Shown piece after piece: positions 51,500 to 64,000 of a stretch of DNA of 64,000 nt. Position 1 is the first letter of the stretch. Every line of letters begins with the position of its first letter. The position numbers were made by a program, and so were the translations under genes. The notes beneath the pieces are model-generated. The model saw only the letters and a list, made by a program, of their open reading frames with translations, made no database searches and had not been told where the DNA came from. Origin of the DNA: Malacoraja senta (taxonomy: Eukaryota); contig CM075989.1 in the NCBI GenBank assembly GCA_038087875.1, positions 23,002,001-23,066,000 of the forward strand, read 5' to 3'.

Positions 51500-54204
51500 A
51501 ATTAACAATGATTTTCTGTCCAACACAGAAGTTCAACAGAATGGCCAATAATTAAAGCGAATCTTCATCAAAAGGATTATGTTGCAAAAAATTAACATAG
51601 TAAAGAAGTAAAGGATTAGTAGTTTATATGTGAAATAATCTAGCTGTTACTACTAATATGTTTTAGTTTGCTGTAAAAAATCACTGACTTCCTCAGATGG
51701 TTTTATACAAGTGTAGGGAGTCTGGCACTGGACCAACAACGATTTTAATTAGATAAAATGAACACTTTCAATTGTAAAACTAGCATTCCTATTAATTCCT
51801 GTCCAGGTGATGTATATTGATATACTAATGACCTCCAATGTTTAATCAAGTAGAAGACAAGCTGTTTCACCATGTTTGACTGAAATAGCTATCTGTTTGA
51901 ACGTACTTGTTCTTCAATTAAAAAATAAACTCAAATTCTGAAAATCTATAACTGGAGTCTCCACAACATTTTCTCTTTTAACAAAAACGGGTAAGCACTT
52001 TAACGGACAATGTTGTTTGCCATTGCTGATGTCTTAAATACCAACTATAACACAACCTGTTGACATTTATCTTTCAGCATGAGTCAATAACACTAATATG
52101 AATAGTTAGAAACACAGGTGTGAATTGACACCAGAAAATGCCGCCAAAAGCCTGGAACGTTTGTTTCAGAAACTGACTAACAGTGCAACGGACCTGGCCC
52201 CTATTATCCTGCCGAGAGAATCATTCAATTTCCAGGCATGTGCTTTTATAAAAGCTTTGCTACAAATAAAGAGTTTAAGATGCCTGCTGCTCTATAAGTA
52301 TAAAGTCTGATATAGTCAGACTTTAAAGTCCAAATGGAATCTAATGCACAGATGGTGTTCAAAATATCACTTTTTTAGGGTTTATTACCCAGTTCTGACT
52401 ACCTTTGGGAACATGATGGCGTGTTGTGTCTTTAACCATTACAAGCTATGTGGTGAAGATACACCTATAGCGTTATTGGCTGGAGAATTAAGCTACATAA
52501 ATATATGAAGATTAAGAAATGGCAACATATATTTGTCATGTCACTGAGTGACTTAGTAGGGGACTTGCTTGGGGAAGGACTAGCTTGTGGTTGCTTCCCT
52601 TGTCCTTTCATGAGTTACAGGTCAGAAGTTTGGAATGTGCAGTACTTTATGAACTTTGAAAGCTCCTGTGAAGCCAAGGCAGTTATACTATTGCAAAACA
52701 CAATTACAGACACATTATTTTTTGAAGAGCTTCGAATAGTAAATAAAAAGAGCAGAATATTCTGAGGTCGGGATGCAACTGAATAATGTAATATTACCAG
52801 ACTGCAGGATAATTCTGCAATACTCATTGGGGATGCATTTTTCAGCATTCTTTAAATGTGCAGCATAAGAGGTAATAACGTCTGACTACATGCCAAGAAT
52901 TGCAACTGAAACAGTTCCTTTATATCCAAGTGCACATCTAGAGTGTTCCTAACTCTTCCCCCACCCACCTTCAAGATTCATTGTGGAAATATCCTCAGAA
53001 ATGACAATATTGACACAGATACTACAACGGATAATAATTTGATGTTTTAATCTTAGCCATATCAATGCAATCAGTGAAAGGGATATATTAAGGCAGGGAC
53101 AGTGCTTTTTACATAAAGTTTACACTGCATTCATTCGGAACTCTGATGCCTGCAGTGTGCATCATCATATTCTTTATGTGTAGGATGGAACTGCAGATGC
53201 TGGTTTATACTGATGATAGACACAAAATAGACACCGAGTTACTCCAGCATTCTGTGTCTCCCCAAATTCATGTGCAGACTTATGAGTTTGCTGTACGGCT
53301 GTCAACTCAACTTTATGGAGTCACAGGCGACACAGCATGGAAATAGCCCCTTGCCTCACCGAGTCAGTGCGGATCATCAATTACTCTAATCTCCTTTTAT
53401 TCTCCACACATTCCCCCACTCTATCCTCCCATTCTCCTATGCACTAGAACAACTTACTGTGGCGACTCAAAGACATGTGGGTTGGATGTGTGAGGAAACC
53501 AGAACATCCAAAGGAAACCAATGCAGTTGTAGGAAAAAAAACTAAGCAGACAAGACCAGAGGCTGGGAATGAACTTCAGTCACTGGAGTTGTGAGATAGC
53601 TGCGTCACTATGCCACACCAACTGTTTATTGAACTAATCAGCTGGACAGTTATCCCTACATACATTGCAGCAGCACAATTGCCCATATGGATATTAATGG
53701 GGCTTCCTCAGGTTAATTCTTTCAAACTGCCTTTACAAAGAAATCTGAAAAGGGAATTGTCTAGTTGATAAACCCAGCAAGCAATTATCCCCTGAAATAG
53801 TTAGAATCTCAAAACACCAACAATGTACACCCGTGAACAGTGCACTACTCTTGTGTGTCTCCTGTTCTCTGCTGCAAAGAACATTGGCATCTGTTGCAAA
53901 GAATATTTGCAAAGATGGGAATATAGCTGAAAGCAATCTTCAGATTAAAGAAATGTTGAGATGAATTTGAACAATTATCTAGGTACCACCAGTGACATTC
54001 ACACCAGGCTGTCCCTGAAGTCACTTCACCCATTTGGCTACATGGGAATACAAGGATCAAAAACAGGATGAGATCATTCAATCTCCCGTGTCTGTCTATC
54101 ATCCAATTAGATCATTGTTTAGCACCAAATATTTTAATTGCTATTTTTCCACATCTGCTGATGTACATAACTAACAAAAATTCAAATGCTCTGTCTTTGA
54201 ACAC

Positions 54205-54590
54205 AGTATATAGAACAGCACAGCACAGGAACAGGCCTTTCAGCCCATGATGTCTGTGCCGAACATGATGCCAAATTAAACTAATCTCTTCTGCCTGCAC
54301 ATACTCCTTATACCCCCCATTCTCTGCCTATTCATGTGTCTATCTAAAAGCCTCTAGAATGCCACTGTTGCATCTGCTTCCAGCACCACACCTGGCAGTG
54401 TATTCCAAGCATCCACCACTCCCTACGTAAAAAACTTGCCCCGCACGTCTCCTTTCAACTTTCCTCCTTTCACCATGAATCTGGGCCCTCTAGTAATTTT
54501 CATTTGCAACCTGGGAGATAGATTCTGACTGTTCACCATACCGATGCCTCTCATCATTTTAGAAACTTCTATTGGGTCTCCTCTCAGCCT
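54205..54590 (-). mobile_element. CR1 3' fragment
   Basis: Tail acagcacaggaacaggcctttcagccca and degenerate RT C-terminus. Confidence 0.75.
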
Positions 54591-55252
54591 TGGACCCTGC
54601 ATCCAGATATTTCAAGAGAGATCATTTCACTTTGCGCTGTTAGAAAGCTGGTGCAACCAGCTATTTAACACACCTTAGCGGACAAATCTGGCCTCAGATG
54701 TTCAGAAGAGTAATTGATAACAGGAATGAATCGGTAAAGTAAAATCTCCCTCATGCGACATATTTGGAATGATTTTAAAGTGAACACCAGCTGCTGATAA
54801 TAGAACCTACCTGTACATCTGTGTAGCCCAGTGAGCTAGGATAGTGTGGATTTTTTTTTTAATACAATACTTACCAAAATGTTTTGATTTAAACAGGGAT
54901 TTGATTATTACTAGGGATAAAAGTACTACCCAACACCTACACCCCCCCCCCCCCCCCCCCCATACTGCTCCCTGGTAACTTAAAGCAGGAGCCCAGTGCA
55001 TTAGTCAGCTGGTGTCTAAGTAGTCAATCTCAAACTAAAATACTCCTTGGGCCTAATCAAGTCAAATTAGTGATAGAAGAATGGTAACTTAAGTATTCTG
55101 TACTCAAAGCCAAGGAATAATCACTGCTGGACATCCTTCCCACCATGTTTGCTTTCAACCAGGGAAGACATTCATGCCAAAAACAAAATTAGACAACAAT
55201 GTGAGAACAGTCTGTATATAACTGAGAGCAGCAAATCCTATTTCACTTGAAA

Positions 55253-55493
55253 TATGTAAAAAGGAACTGCAGATGCCGGTTTAAACTGAAGGTGGACATA
55301 AAATGCTGGAGTAACTCAGCGGGACAGGCAGCATCTCTGGAGAGAAGGAATGGGAGACCTTTCTTCAGACTGATTCATGTTTTGGTTCAGGACCCTTCTT
55401 CAGACAATCTGAAGGCCTGATGAAGGGTCTCGACCCGAAACATCACCCATTCCTGCCTGTCCCGCTGAGCTACTCCAACATTTTGTGTCTATC
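55253..55493. mobile_element. Palindromic Penelope-derived element
   Basis: TSD TCCTATTTCACTTGAA on both sides. Hammerhead core with canonical CUGAUGA at 55417. Confidence 0.8.
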
Positions 55494-56310
55494 TCCTATT
55501 TCACTTGAATCTTTGATCATACCACAGGCTTGATCGAGGAGGATGTAATAAAAAGTAAACTAGTAATGAAGCAAGGAACAGCTGAGTTTGCATTGGTGAG
55601 AGGGAACATAGTGCTTCAAACAATTAAACAAGGACATTTTAATATTTCTATGGAATTAATTTAAGAGAAAAAAGCAACAGAACCAATAATGTCTCCATTG
55701 ATTAACGATTGTGAAGTTAAAAATAAATCCTGAATTTCTTCGTAGACTACACATCAGAATGGCAGAACTTGCCTAAATATTGTAAATATACAACTTCCAA
55801 ATGTCCCTTCCCCTTTACACCTGTCTCATTTAGACAAGCAAATGTTATATAAATTGTTGTTTTCAAAGTACAAAGTGAAACATCATGTTTAGATGCACAG
55901 CGATGTTCTGTTATAGATACTCAATTTGTTATATATTTTTGCTGTATGATCATATTTTATGGAATATTCATTGTAATTATTATTGGAGTGATCGTGCAAA
56001 GAGCAAACGGGTGTTTTAATCACCCATTATCAGTTCAAAGGTTCTAATTTAATACAAAGGCTTCCAGACATTTAACAGTATTGTCGTAGATTTCTTAAGA
56101 ATCAGCAGAATCCCAATTGCAGTGTGAGATAGACTTCAGAGGAAACCTTTACTCTGTAGAACATAGCATTTAATATTTCCACAATCTGTCAGATATGAGC
56201 CATGTTCAGCTGCAACATACTTAGAGCTACATATATGTGTACGGCAATATTGCCTTCACTAAATACAGAATTTCCTAATGTAAAACTTTTACTGAATTAA
56301 TACTACTCAC

Positions 56311-56374
56311 AATAAATAGTCAGGCATTTCCACTGTTGAACTAGCGGTTGCAGATGTATTTGTGGTTTCATGCT
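56311..56374 (-). CDS. ELL3: ELL-family exon (E)HETTNTSATASSTVEMPDYL(L)
   Basis: Acceptor ttatctacag|AG and donor TT|gtgagt. 64 nt, phase 1 to phase 2, fits both neighbouring exons. PDYL starts the occludin/ELL domain. Confidence 0.9.
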
Positions 56375-56934
56375 CTGTAGATAAGATCATACAGGTTATA
56401 TGACGATCTAAAATATTAAATGTCAATGGACCTTACTAATTGCCAATGCTAGTTACAAGGTTATATTCTCTAAAACAGGCATTAGCAAAGGCATTTCTTT
56501 GATTTTTTTTTACTGACTTCAAGAGCAACAGTTGCTTAGGTACATGGATCTTCACATCTATTTTTAGTCAGTAATCAGCAAAATGAAAAGCATTCATACA
56601 CGGAGTACAAAGATTAAAAACAAGTGCACTAATGTGCACCTACCATTTCACAGAACCTCTGACCCAATATTTGAATAGCTACATCAATTGGAAATGGAAA
56701 AGGTAAATTAATCCTCTCCATTAACAAACCTGTACAAGAACATCCATGTTAAATCCTATGACTCTTGAGCAATGTATTTCCAATATTAATTAAATAGTAT
56801 ATTTTTGTTAAATGTACAGTGGGAATAAGGCTTCTTAGTTAATCATATTTCACAACTTAATATTTCATAAAAACATGATCCAGGACTTATTTTTCAATTT
56901 CATGCCGATAATGATCAAATGTAATAGTATTTGA

Positions 56935-57175
56935 GTCAGTCATACAGGATGGAAACAGGCCCTTCGGCCCAACACCCATACCGACCAACATGTCCCATCT
57001 GCACTCGTCCCACCTGCATGCGTTTGGCCTATATCCCTCTAAACCCGTCCTATCCATGCACCTGTCTAAATGTTTCTTAAACATTGCAAAAGTACCCGCC
57101 TCAACTACCTCCTCCAGCAACTCGTTCCATACTCTCCCCAGCCCTTGTGTGAAAAGGGTACCCCTCAGTTTCCTC
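56935..57175 (-). mobile_element. CR1/HER1 3' fragment
   Basis: EEVVEAGT...FKKHLDRCMDR plus 3' UTR. Confidence 0.82.
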
Positions 57176-57763
57176 CTTCACATATTGTTATGGGTGCCTG
57201 AACTCTTTGGGATACAGAATATGCAAATTGCTTTGTAGGTTTTAAATGAAAACTTAATTCAGTCAACTCCATTCAGATTGGATACATCTTTTCTCTCCAC
57301 TGTCACAGAGCAGTAATTCATTATATCCCTCATTATATCACTGGATGTGGAATGTGGCGATTTCAGGATTCCTGGAAGTAGGAAACTAAAGCCCTTCAAA
57401 ACTTTCCTGCCATTCAACTGGATCAGAGCTGATTCGTATCTCAACTTCATTTACCTGCCTTGGTGCTACACCTAATTTTAACATTATCTATCTTCCGGAG
57501 CAGTTTCACCAGCAATATGAAGCAATACATTTATTGCCAGATACGACAAATAATGAACATCTGAAAGCAGACAACTGTATATCAAGATTTAAACTGTACA
57601 TTTAAAGTTTAAATATTAATTTCAAGATCACATTAAAATACTCCTACATAAGAACCATTTGATTTCCTGATTATTAATGATAAGTGACATAATTTGAGAA
57701 TTTTCTTTCATGGCATCTTAGGAACCCACTATTTAAAAGAATTTCAATATTAGACATCAATAC

Positions 57764-58262
57764 CTTTAATATTTTCTTTGTGTTGCTTTCCAACCCTTTG
57801 TGTGGGGTCTTTTAGCCACTTTTGTGCTTCTGGCTTCATGTGCTCCCTCTCCTTCTCTTTGTGTTTTTTGTACTTTTTCCTGTTGTGGCCAGCATAGAGT
57901 TCCATATCCTCTGGAAGGGAGTAATCTGTCTGTTCTAAATTCCTATGCGCTACTAGGTTCCGAGAATTCCCAGAAATATCACTGTTGCTTTTGAATTCTT
58001 TATCGTTTTTGTTTATGTGAATCTGTGTAGAGTCGTTGCAGTTGATAAATGGCTCGGCAAATTCATTCTGATTCTCAGGCAGTAAAGTGTGAGTTTTCTG
58101 GAACTCTGTTTTAGTAGATACGCAGGAATTTGATGTGGCACTGGGGCATGTTGAATGAGGAAGATGACCATTCAAAGTAGGCAGCTGATTGCCCTTCGAA
58201 TGTAATACTTTACTTCTCTTGTTTCTGTGTGAATCTGTCCGGTCTGAAGGCACTGATCGTTT
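57764..58262 (-). CDS. ELL3: ELL-family large central exon KRSVPSDRTDSHRNKRSKVLHSKGNQLPTLNGHL...KKYKKHKEKER...ENIK
   Basis: Acceptor ctctcattccag|AAA and donor AAAG|gtattg. 499 nt inside ORF 57750..58277. Contains the PTLNGHL motif and the Lys-rich KKxKKHKEK motif typical of ELL/ELL2. Confidence 0.88.
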
Positions 58263-59495
58263 CTGGAATGAGAGCACATTTTAAAAGAAAGGCTTTGAGT
58301 AGACAGTCAACATTGGGAGCTGTCCTGTACTCCACAAGCACCATATCTAATTGATACGATTTATATCGTGGGTTTCCTGGCCCAATTGTAAAAAAGATAG
58401 AAAAGGCATAGAGAAAGACAGGCTGAATGCAGGCAAATAGGATTAGATAGATAGGCATGATGGACGTCGTGGATGAGGAGTCCAAATGGGTTTGTTTCTT
58501 GATTCTATGAAATGGGGTAACTGGCAAGCCAAGAGAGAGGTCATCACAAGGGAATGGGACAGTGAGGAAAAGAAAGGAGAGATGGAGGAATGCAAATGGG
58601 AAAAGAGAAAGAAGAATAGCGATAAAAAATACATGGGTTGTGAAGGGAAGATGATCAATGGAAGGAAGAAGTTAAGAGGAGAGTTGAAGTGGAAGGAGAA
58701 TAATGGTGAAAGGGAAAGTGCAAAATACTTTGCACTGAATTTAGATTTTCTTTATGATTTCATACTTACTAAATGCAGTGACCAGTGCAATAAATTTAAT
58801 GTTAACAATCAAACTTTGAATTTTAGCCTTTAAACTCAAGATTTAGTGATGTTAATATGTTTTGTGTCTAACGTAAGCATTGCTTCATCAATTACAATGC
58901 CAATACAATTACTGTATATTGGTGTAACAAATCCAGTCAAATACCAGGAGTAGTTTCAACGATCAATTTTACCACAAATCTTCAAACTCCTTTAATTATT
59001 ACATCCTACAATCTGACTAAACTCAAATAAATACATTTACCTCCAGCTCACTGGGAGTTAAAAAAAGAGCAAAAGTTTAAAAAGTGAAAAGTAGAAAGAT
59101 ACCATGACCAACAAAAAAAACCTTATTTGTTTGAATTAAAAACTTTCAATTTCTAGTATGTATTCAATTTATATTCTTCCAATCAATGCTTCCCCCATGT
59201 GTATTCCACTTCATCTATTTTAAAATGAAAGTTCAAATGCATATATAACTATCATGCTCAACTTCCACTCACACATTGAAACTATGCAAAAACCCATGTC
59301 TGTTAATTCTGGCACTGTCAATTACATCCCAGTTCTCATGCAAAGTTCACACATTAATTCTATGGAAATGAACAAGGCAGCCATTTTACTGAAGCTCTCC
59401 AAATATCCAGAACATTTATCTTATTTGCAGCAGACAGGTTATTGCAGGAAATTAAAGTAATGACATTAAAAACAATCCAAAAGCTGACTTCTTAC

Positions 59496-59610
59496 CAACA
59501 AAGAAGTCTTATTAGGGCTTGAATGTGGTGAGGTTTCCCCTGAAGACTTTTGGAATGAAGAACTGAGTTGAAAATTCTTGGACTGACAAGAATGTGATGG
59601 CTGAAGTTTC
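59496..59610 (-). CDS. ELL3: ELL-family elongation factor, internal coding exon (first seen in window): (R)KLQPSHSCQSKNFQLSSSFQKSSGETSPHSSPNKTSLL
   Basis: Acceptor ctccttatag|G and donor TTG|gtaaga. 115 nt, phase 2 in and phase 0 out. Positionally matches the ELL2 exon RKLNPSQN...SSPQ. Confidence 0.8.
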
Positions 59611-61750
59611 CTATAAGGAGATATTAGTTACAGATGGTCTAAAACTCCAATGTTCAATCAGAATATGCTGCCATGTTCAAGATATTCAGTAACAAGATAT
59701 TCTACAATATTTGGCACTGCATAATTACCAGCTGAATCACAATATTCTTTTCAATGGGGCATTATCATAATACAAAGGATCCTAATAAACCTCACCATTA
59801 CAATATAACACAAAAGGGTTTTACAGGTACTTCAATCAGGGCATGCTCTCAATAAAATTTATTTTATATTTTTCTGAGATCCATTATTTTTTCAGATCAA
59901 GTAATTTTGATTAGAAAACAAATTTCTGAAATCATATCAACTAGCCGAGTCCTTTACATGAGCTGCTGCCATCACCAATTGCAGCATCATATGAATATAG
60001 CAATTGCTAAGTCAGGGAGGAGATCATGAGCATGATTCCTTGCTGAAAGTTTACATGTATAACCTAGATGCATACAGCATCAACATCTGTGGAGATGCAG
60101 GCAATTATACCTACATATATGTTATGTGAGTTACCACCTTCAAAAAGAGAGAAAAAAACTTCAGGAAAAATTAAAGATGTTGATGATCACCAAAAGACCA
60201 AATACAAAAGCTTTCGGGATTGTCGCTGAAACCTGTAGTGGATGCCAAGAATCAAGAACTTCACACCTAGCTCAGAAATGGATGCTTTAATTTATAAGGA
60301 GAGAAATGTGCCTTTGGTGACTTGAGATAATAGCATTTGATCATGGGTTGTAGTCATCTGCTTTTACCAATGGAACCAAATTTGCAAACGAGTTCAACCA
60401 ACAGTTGATGCTCTTCCTTGTGTACATCAAGCAACACAAATGGAATAGATCCTCATAAAGTGTGCAGGAAGGAAATGCAGATGCTGGTTTACACCAACGA
60501 TAGACACAAAATACTGGAGTAACTCAGCGAGACAGGCAGCATCTCTGGATGATGTCTTGTTTTCACACCTTACCCTTCCTTATCTCTGTGAATCCCTCAT
60601 ACAGTGTAGCAGGTTGAAAATATATTCCAATGCGAGAGCAAACTCAGCACAGACTTGGGAATGAATTGAATACTTCTACTTTATATGTTGCCATTACTTT
60701 TTATTATATTACTATTTCAAAGCTTACAGTCACTGCTTTGCTTTGTTTCACATTTGGCACTTTCCCTGTTAGCACAATATGATTTAATGAGAACATTATG
60801 GAGTCCAGTCCCTACTTTACCAACTCTTTGAGCCAATATTCTTGTGAAAGTACATAATCTTAGCTCCTTTCAGAATGCCTAGGAAATAATGTATGCTATA
60901 AGACAAAAAGGTAAAACTATAATTTTTTTTATTTAAAAATTGTAAATGGATACCTCGCCGCAGTTTTCATAAATAAATATAGTAACAATTTCCTTGCACC
61001 ACTGAACTATTATGGCACAGGAGGTCATCATTTGGCCAAAATATATTCTACATCAAATTTAATCTGCCACTTAACTGTCCATTCTGCCAGCCCAAGTCTT
61101 CTTGCAATCCATAACAATGTCTCGTACTGTTTATCATAACTTCCAAAAATAAGAATTCATACTTATGAACCACTGGAAAAGATGCTATTTAAAAATATCA
61201 AACAGTAACATTGCCAAATGAAATACGTTGTTCTGTTAAATGGAGGAAGTTAATGCTGTTTTACCTGACACCTTTAACACTATTTTACATTTTTGTAAAG
61301 AAGATAGCCAATGTATTCCAAAGAACACAGGAACCCGGTGACTACAAGCCAAAACAGCATGTTATTCAGTGAGTAAACACAGAAGCCATTGTACAGCATT
61401 CTGTACATGAACATTTGAATGAAAAATCCTGTTGATGGGAGTTTATTTGGATTTTCCAAAGGCATTCAACAAAGTTCATCATATGAGATTTGTAAAGGTT
61501 AATACTCAGGGAATAATCAGCTGTTTGGTTAGGTGTGGTATTGAAAAATATTGTGCTTGTTTAAAGTGGCATGAGTTAGAAACATCAAAAGAAAATGTTA
61601 AAAAACACTTGTGGAAGCCTAGAGAAATCATAAATGGTCATAATGAACTTATAAATCCTTGGGCTAATATAGCCCTATATTAAATATTAAATGTTAAAGC
61701 ATATATTGTGCTTTATGAGGTCTGCACCTTGTGGTTGTCTCCTGTACAAT

Positions 61751-62792
61751 TAGGTATGTTACAAAACTTACCTTCAGTCGCGCTGTAATTCTGCCACTGG
61801 CCGTGTGCGCGATTTTGGCGCCTTTAACGGGGGGCGGGGTTAAAACGCGGGTTTCTCCTCCCTTGTCCTGGTTAATATTTTGTTGGAGTACAAGCCTTGG
61901 CAGACAAATCGTTCCTACCGGCGTTTTGTGAATTTTTTTTTAATTATTAATTCGTCAATGTCAGCGCTAGAGTAATTTTAAAAGCAGCTCCTGAAGCGTC
62001 AACGCCGATAACGGGGACGGATTTCACACACGGGACAGGTAAACGAAAGTGGTTTCTTTAAATGTATAAAAGTGCTTCTTAAGAAGCCTTTAATTCACAT
62101 TTTTTCATGCGACACGGTGATTTTATTCCCCGAATTAACGGCAGTATTTTTCATGCCAATACGGGGTTAAATTCACCGCAAATGAACGTTCCAAAAGATC
62201 GCGTTCCAGAAATCCTCACTCGCAAGATGAATTAAATCCCCATTAATTTACAGGTATTAAACATTCAATTCCTTCCATTTGGCCTGTAAATTCATGAAAA
62301 TTAGATTTTAAAATTATGTTATATTGTGAATTATTGTGTGAATGTTATTTGGACACTTAGGCTATTTAAAAATGTTAATCTATTCTTAAGAAATTGATAG
62401 ATGTTTAGATCTAGTAATTGAATTTTGTAATTAGCTACAATTAGGTAACTAACTAATTATATGCTTTACTTTCATGTCTTCGAAGTAAGATTGTTTCATA
62501 TTTGTTTCAGAATGCTTCAATCTATAATAACTGAACATTTCTTTCAGTTATCATAATTTTTAAGAAAGTTATGGGCTTTTAACTGTCCTCGATCACAGCT
62601 TTTGTGTTAAGTCAATGGAAAAGCAATAGGGAACTAGATGCTAATTTCTGAGTATGATAATGGCCATAACTTTTTTAATACTAAAGATATGAAAGTGAAT
62701 TAGGTGTCAAATTAAACTTCTTTTTATGCTTTATCTGATGGGATAAATTGCAGACTTTATTTTTAAAATCTCAAAATGTTGTAACATTGCTA
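61751..62792. mobile_element. Non-autonomous TIR DNA transposon with a 7-bp TSD
   Basis: Imperfect TIRs TAGGTATGTTACAAAA / (rc) TAGCAATGTTACAACA. GTACAAT at 61744-61750 and 62793-62799. Confidence 0.72.
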
Positions 62793-63182
62793 GTACAATC
62801 CCTACAGCACACTAATCTTTTGCAGATCCACAGACTAATTGACTCCAGGTCTCACTGTTGTGATACTTCTACGTGAACAGATAACCAGAGATAATTGAAA
62901 ACATTTAATAAAAACATTTAAATGTTTTTTTTAAATAAAACTAATACATTTAAAAACTAATTCAACTGAAGGAAGTGATTGTAAATATCATAATTTACCC
63001 ATTTCAACAAACTATGACAGGCCATTACATATACCAACCATGAAGGGTCAGGTATGAAATGTGCTACATCGCTGGGCTCAGTGCTAAGTCCAGTAGCAGA
63101 GCAGGAAATGACATTCATCAACATCTGAGCACATGCACTCCTGACTACTGCCAGAAGTGAAGAACATGTTGACCCAAGGAGA

Positions 63183-63497
63183 TGTCTAGGAAGGAACTGC
63201 AGATGCTGGTTTAAACCGAAGATAGACACAAAAAGCTGGAGTAACTCAGCGATGCAAGGAAATTGTTACTATATTTATGAAAATTGCGGCGAGGTATCCA
63301 TTTACAATTTTTTAATAAAAAAATATTATAGTTTTACCTTTTTGTCTTATTGCATGCATTATATCCTAGGCATTCTGAAAGGAGCTAAGATTAAGTACTT
63401 TCACAAGAAAGTCGAGATCCACCCGAAACGTCACCCATTCCTTCTCTCCAGAGATGCTGCCTGTCCCACTGAGTTACTCAAGCTTTTTGTGTCTATC
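63183..63497. mobile_element. Penelope-derived palindromic element carrying captured host DNA
   Basis: TSD TTGACCCAAGGAGA at 63169-63182 and 63498-63511. The filler 63253-63409 is the reverse complement of 60839-60998. Confidence 0.85.
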
Positions 63498-63899
63498 TTG
63501 ACCCAAGGAGAGAAACTCACTGATGATTATCTTCTGAATCAATACCAAAAAGCAAGTGCATTTTAATCTATTAATTTAAAATACAATGAGTACTAATGTT
63601 GTTTTATTATTGGTATCTACAAGTGTCCTATTTGCAACACTTATATTTCTCACAGCCTTGACTTTTTAAACAATCCCAGTATGAATGGGCAATGGATGTA
63701 CTTGCTTGAATCAGTAAATATTTCATAAGTCCAGATATAGTAATTACAACTAAAATTAACAAAGGCTTATTGCATTATCTATATGGAGAGAGTTCATTCT
63801 GAATTCCACCATTCATACCTATACTGCGAGTGCCCGACATTGATCTTTGGAAACCAAAATGTATTTCATTTCCCAACAAAGATAATATTCCTCACCTTA

Positions 63900-64000
63900 A
63901 CCTGCCGCAGCAGGACCTGTAATATCGTGAAAGACATTACACATCCTTGTCAACACCTTTTCACACTGCTGCCCTCGGGAAAAAGGTACAGGTCGCTAAA
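63900..64000 (+). mobile_element. Rex1/Babar-type LINE fragment
   Basis: CRSRTCNIVKDITHPCQHLFTLLPSGKRYRS, homologous to 45900-46030. Confidence 0.7.

Noticed and set aside
58210-58527. Extension of the large ELL exon upstream to an acceptor near 58380
   Set aside because: There is an in-frame TAA just upstream of 58277. The acceptor at 58263 gives the correct phase and homology (KRS... versus ELL2 KRL...).

Overview
Vertebrate genomic DNA with five N gaps. The repeat content (HE1/V-SINEs, HER1/CR1 LINEs, Penelope remnants) points to a cartilaginous fish, probably a skate or ray (inference). The right part (about 45.4-59.6 kb, minus strand) holds the last six coding exons of an ELL-family RNA polymerase II elongation factor. 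Its occludin/ELL C-terminal domain is most like ELL3, and its 5' exons lie beyond the window. The left ~38 kb is very TE-dense and has no recognisable coding gene, only candidate first exons of a second minus-strand gene. The most striking hidden feature is a family of Penelope-derived, mostly palindromic ~100-300 bp insertions with 10-20 bp target-site duplications. They carry a minimal hammerhead-ribozyme core (CUGANGA-A-stem II-GAAAC-GUH) at their apex, often on both strands. One copy has captured an inverted ~157 bp piece of the host intron from ~2.3 kb away. Also present are a complete non-autonomous Helitron with an internal 37-bp tandem array, a ~1 kb TIR element with a 7-bp TSD, and a teleost-like CORE-SINE. 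TE boundaries are approximate unless a TSD is given.
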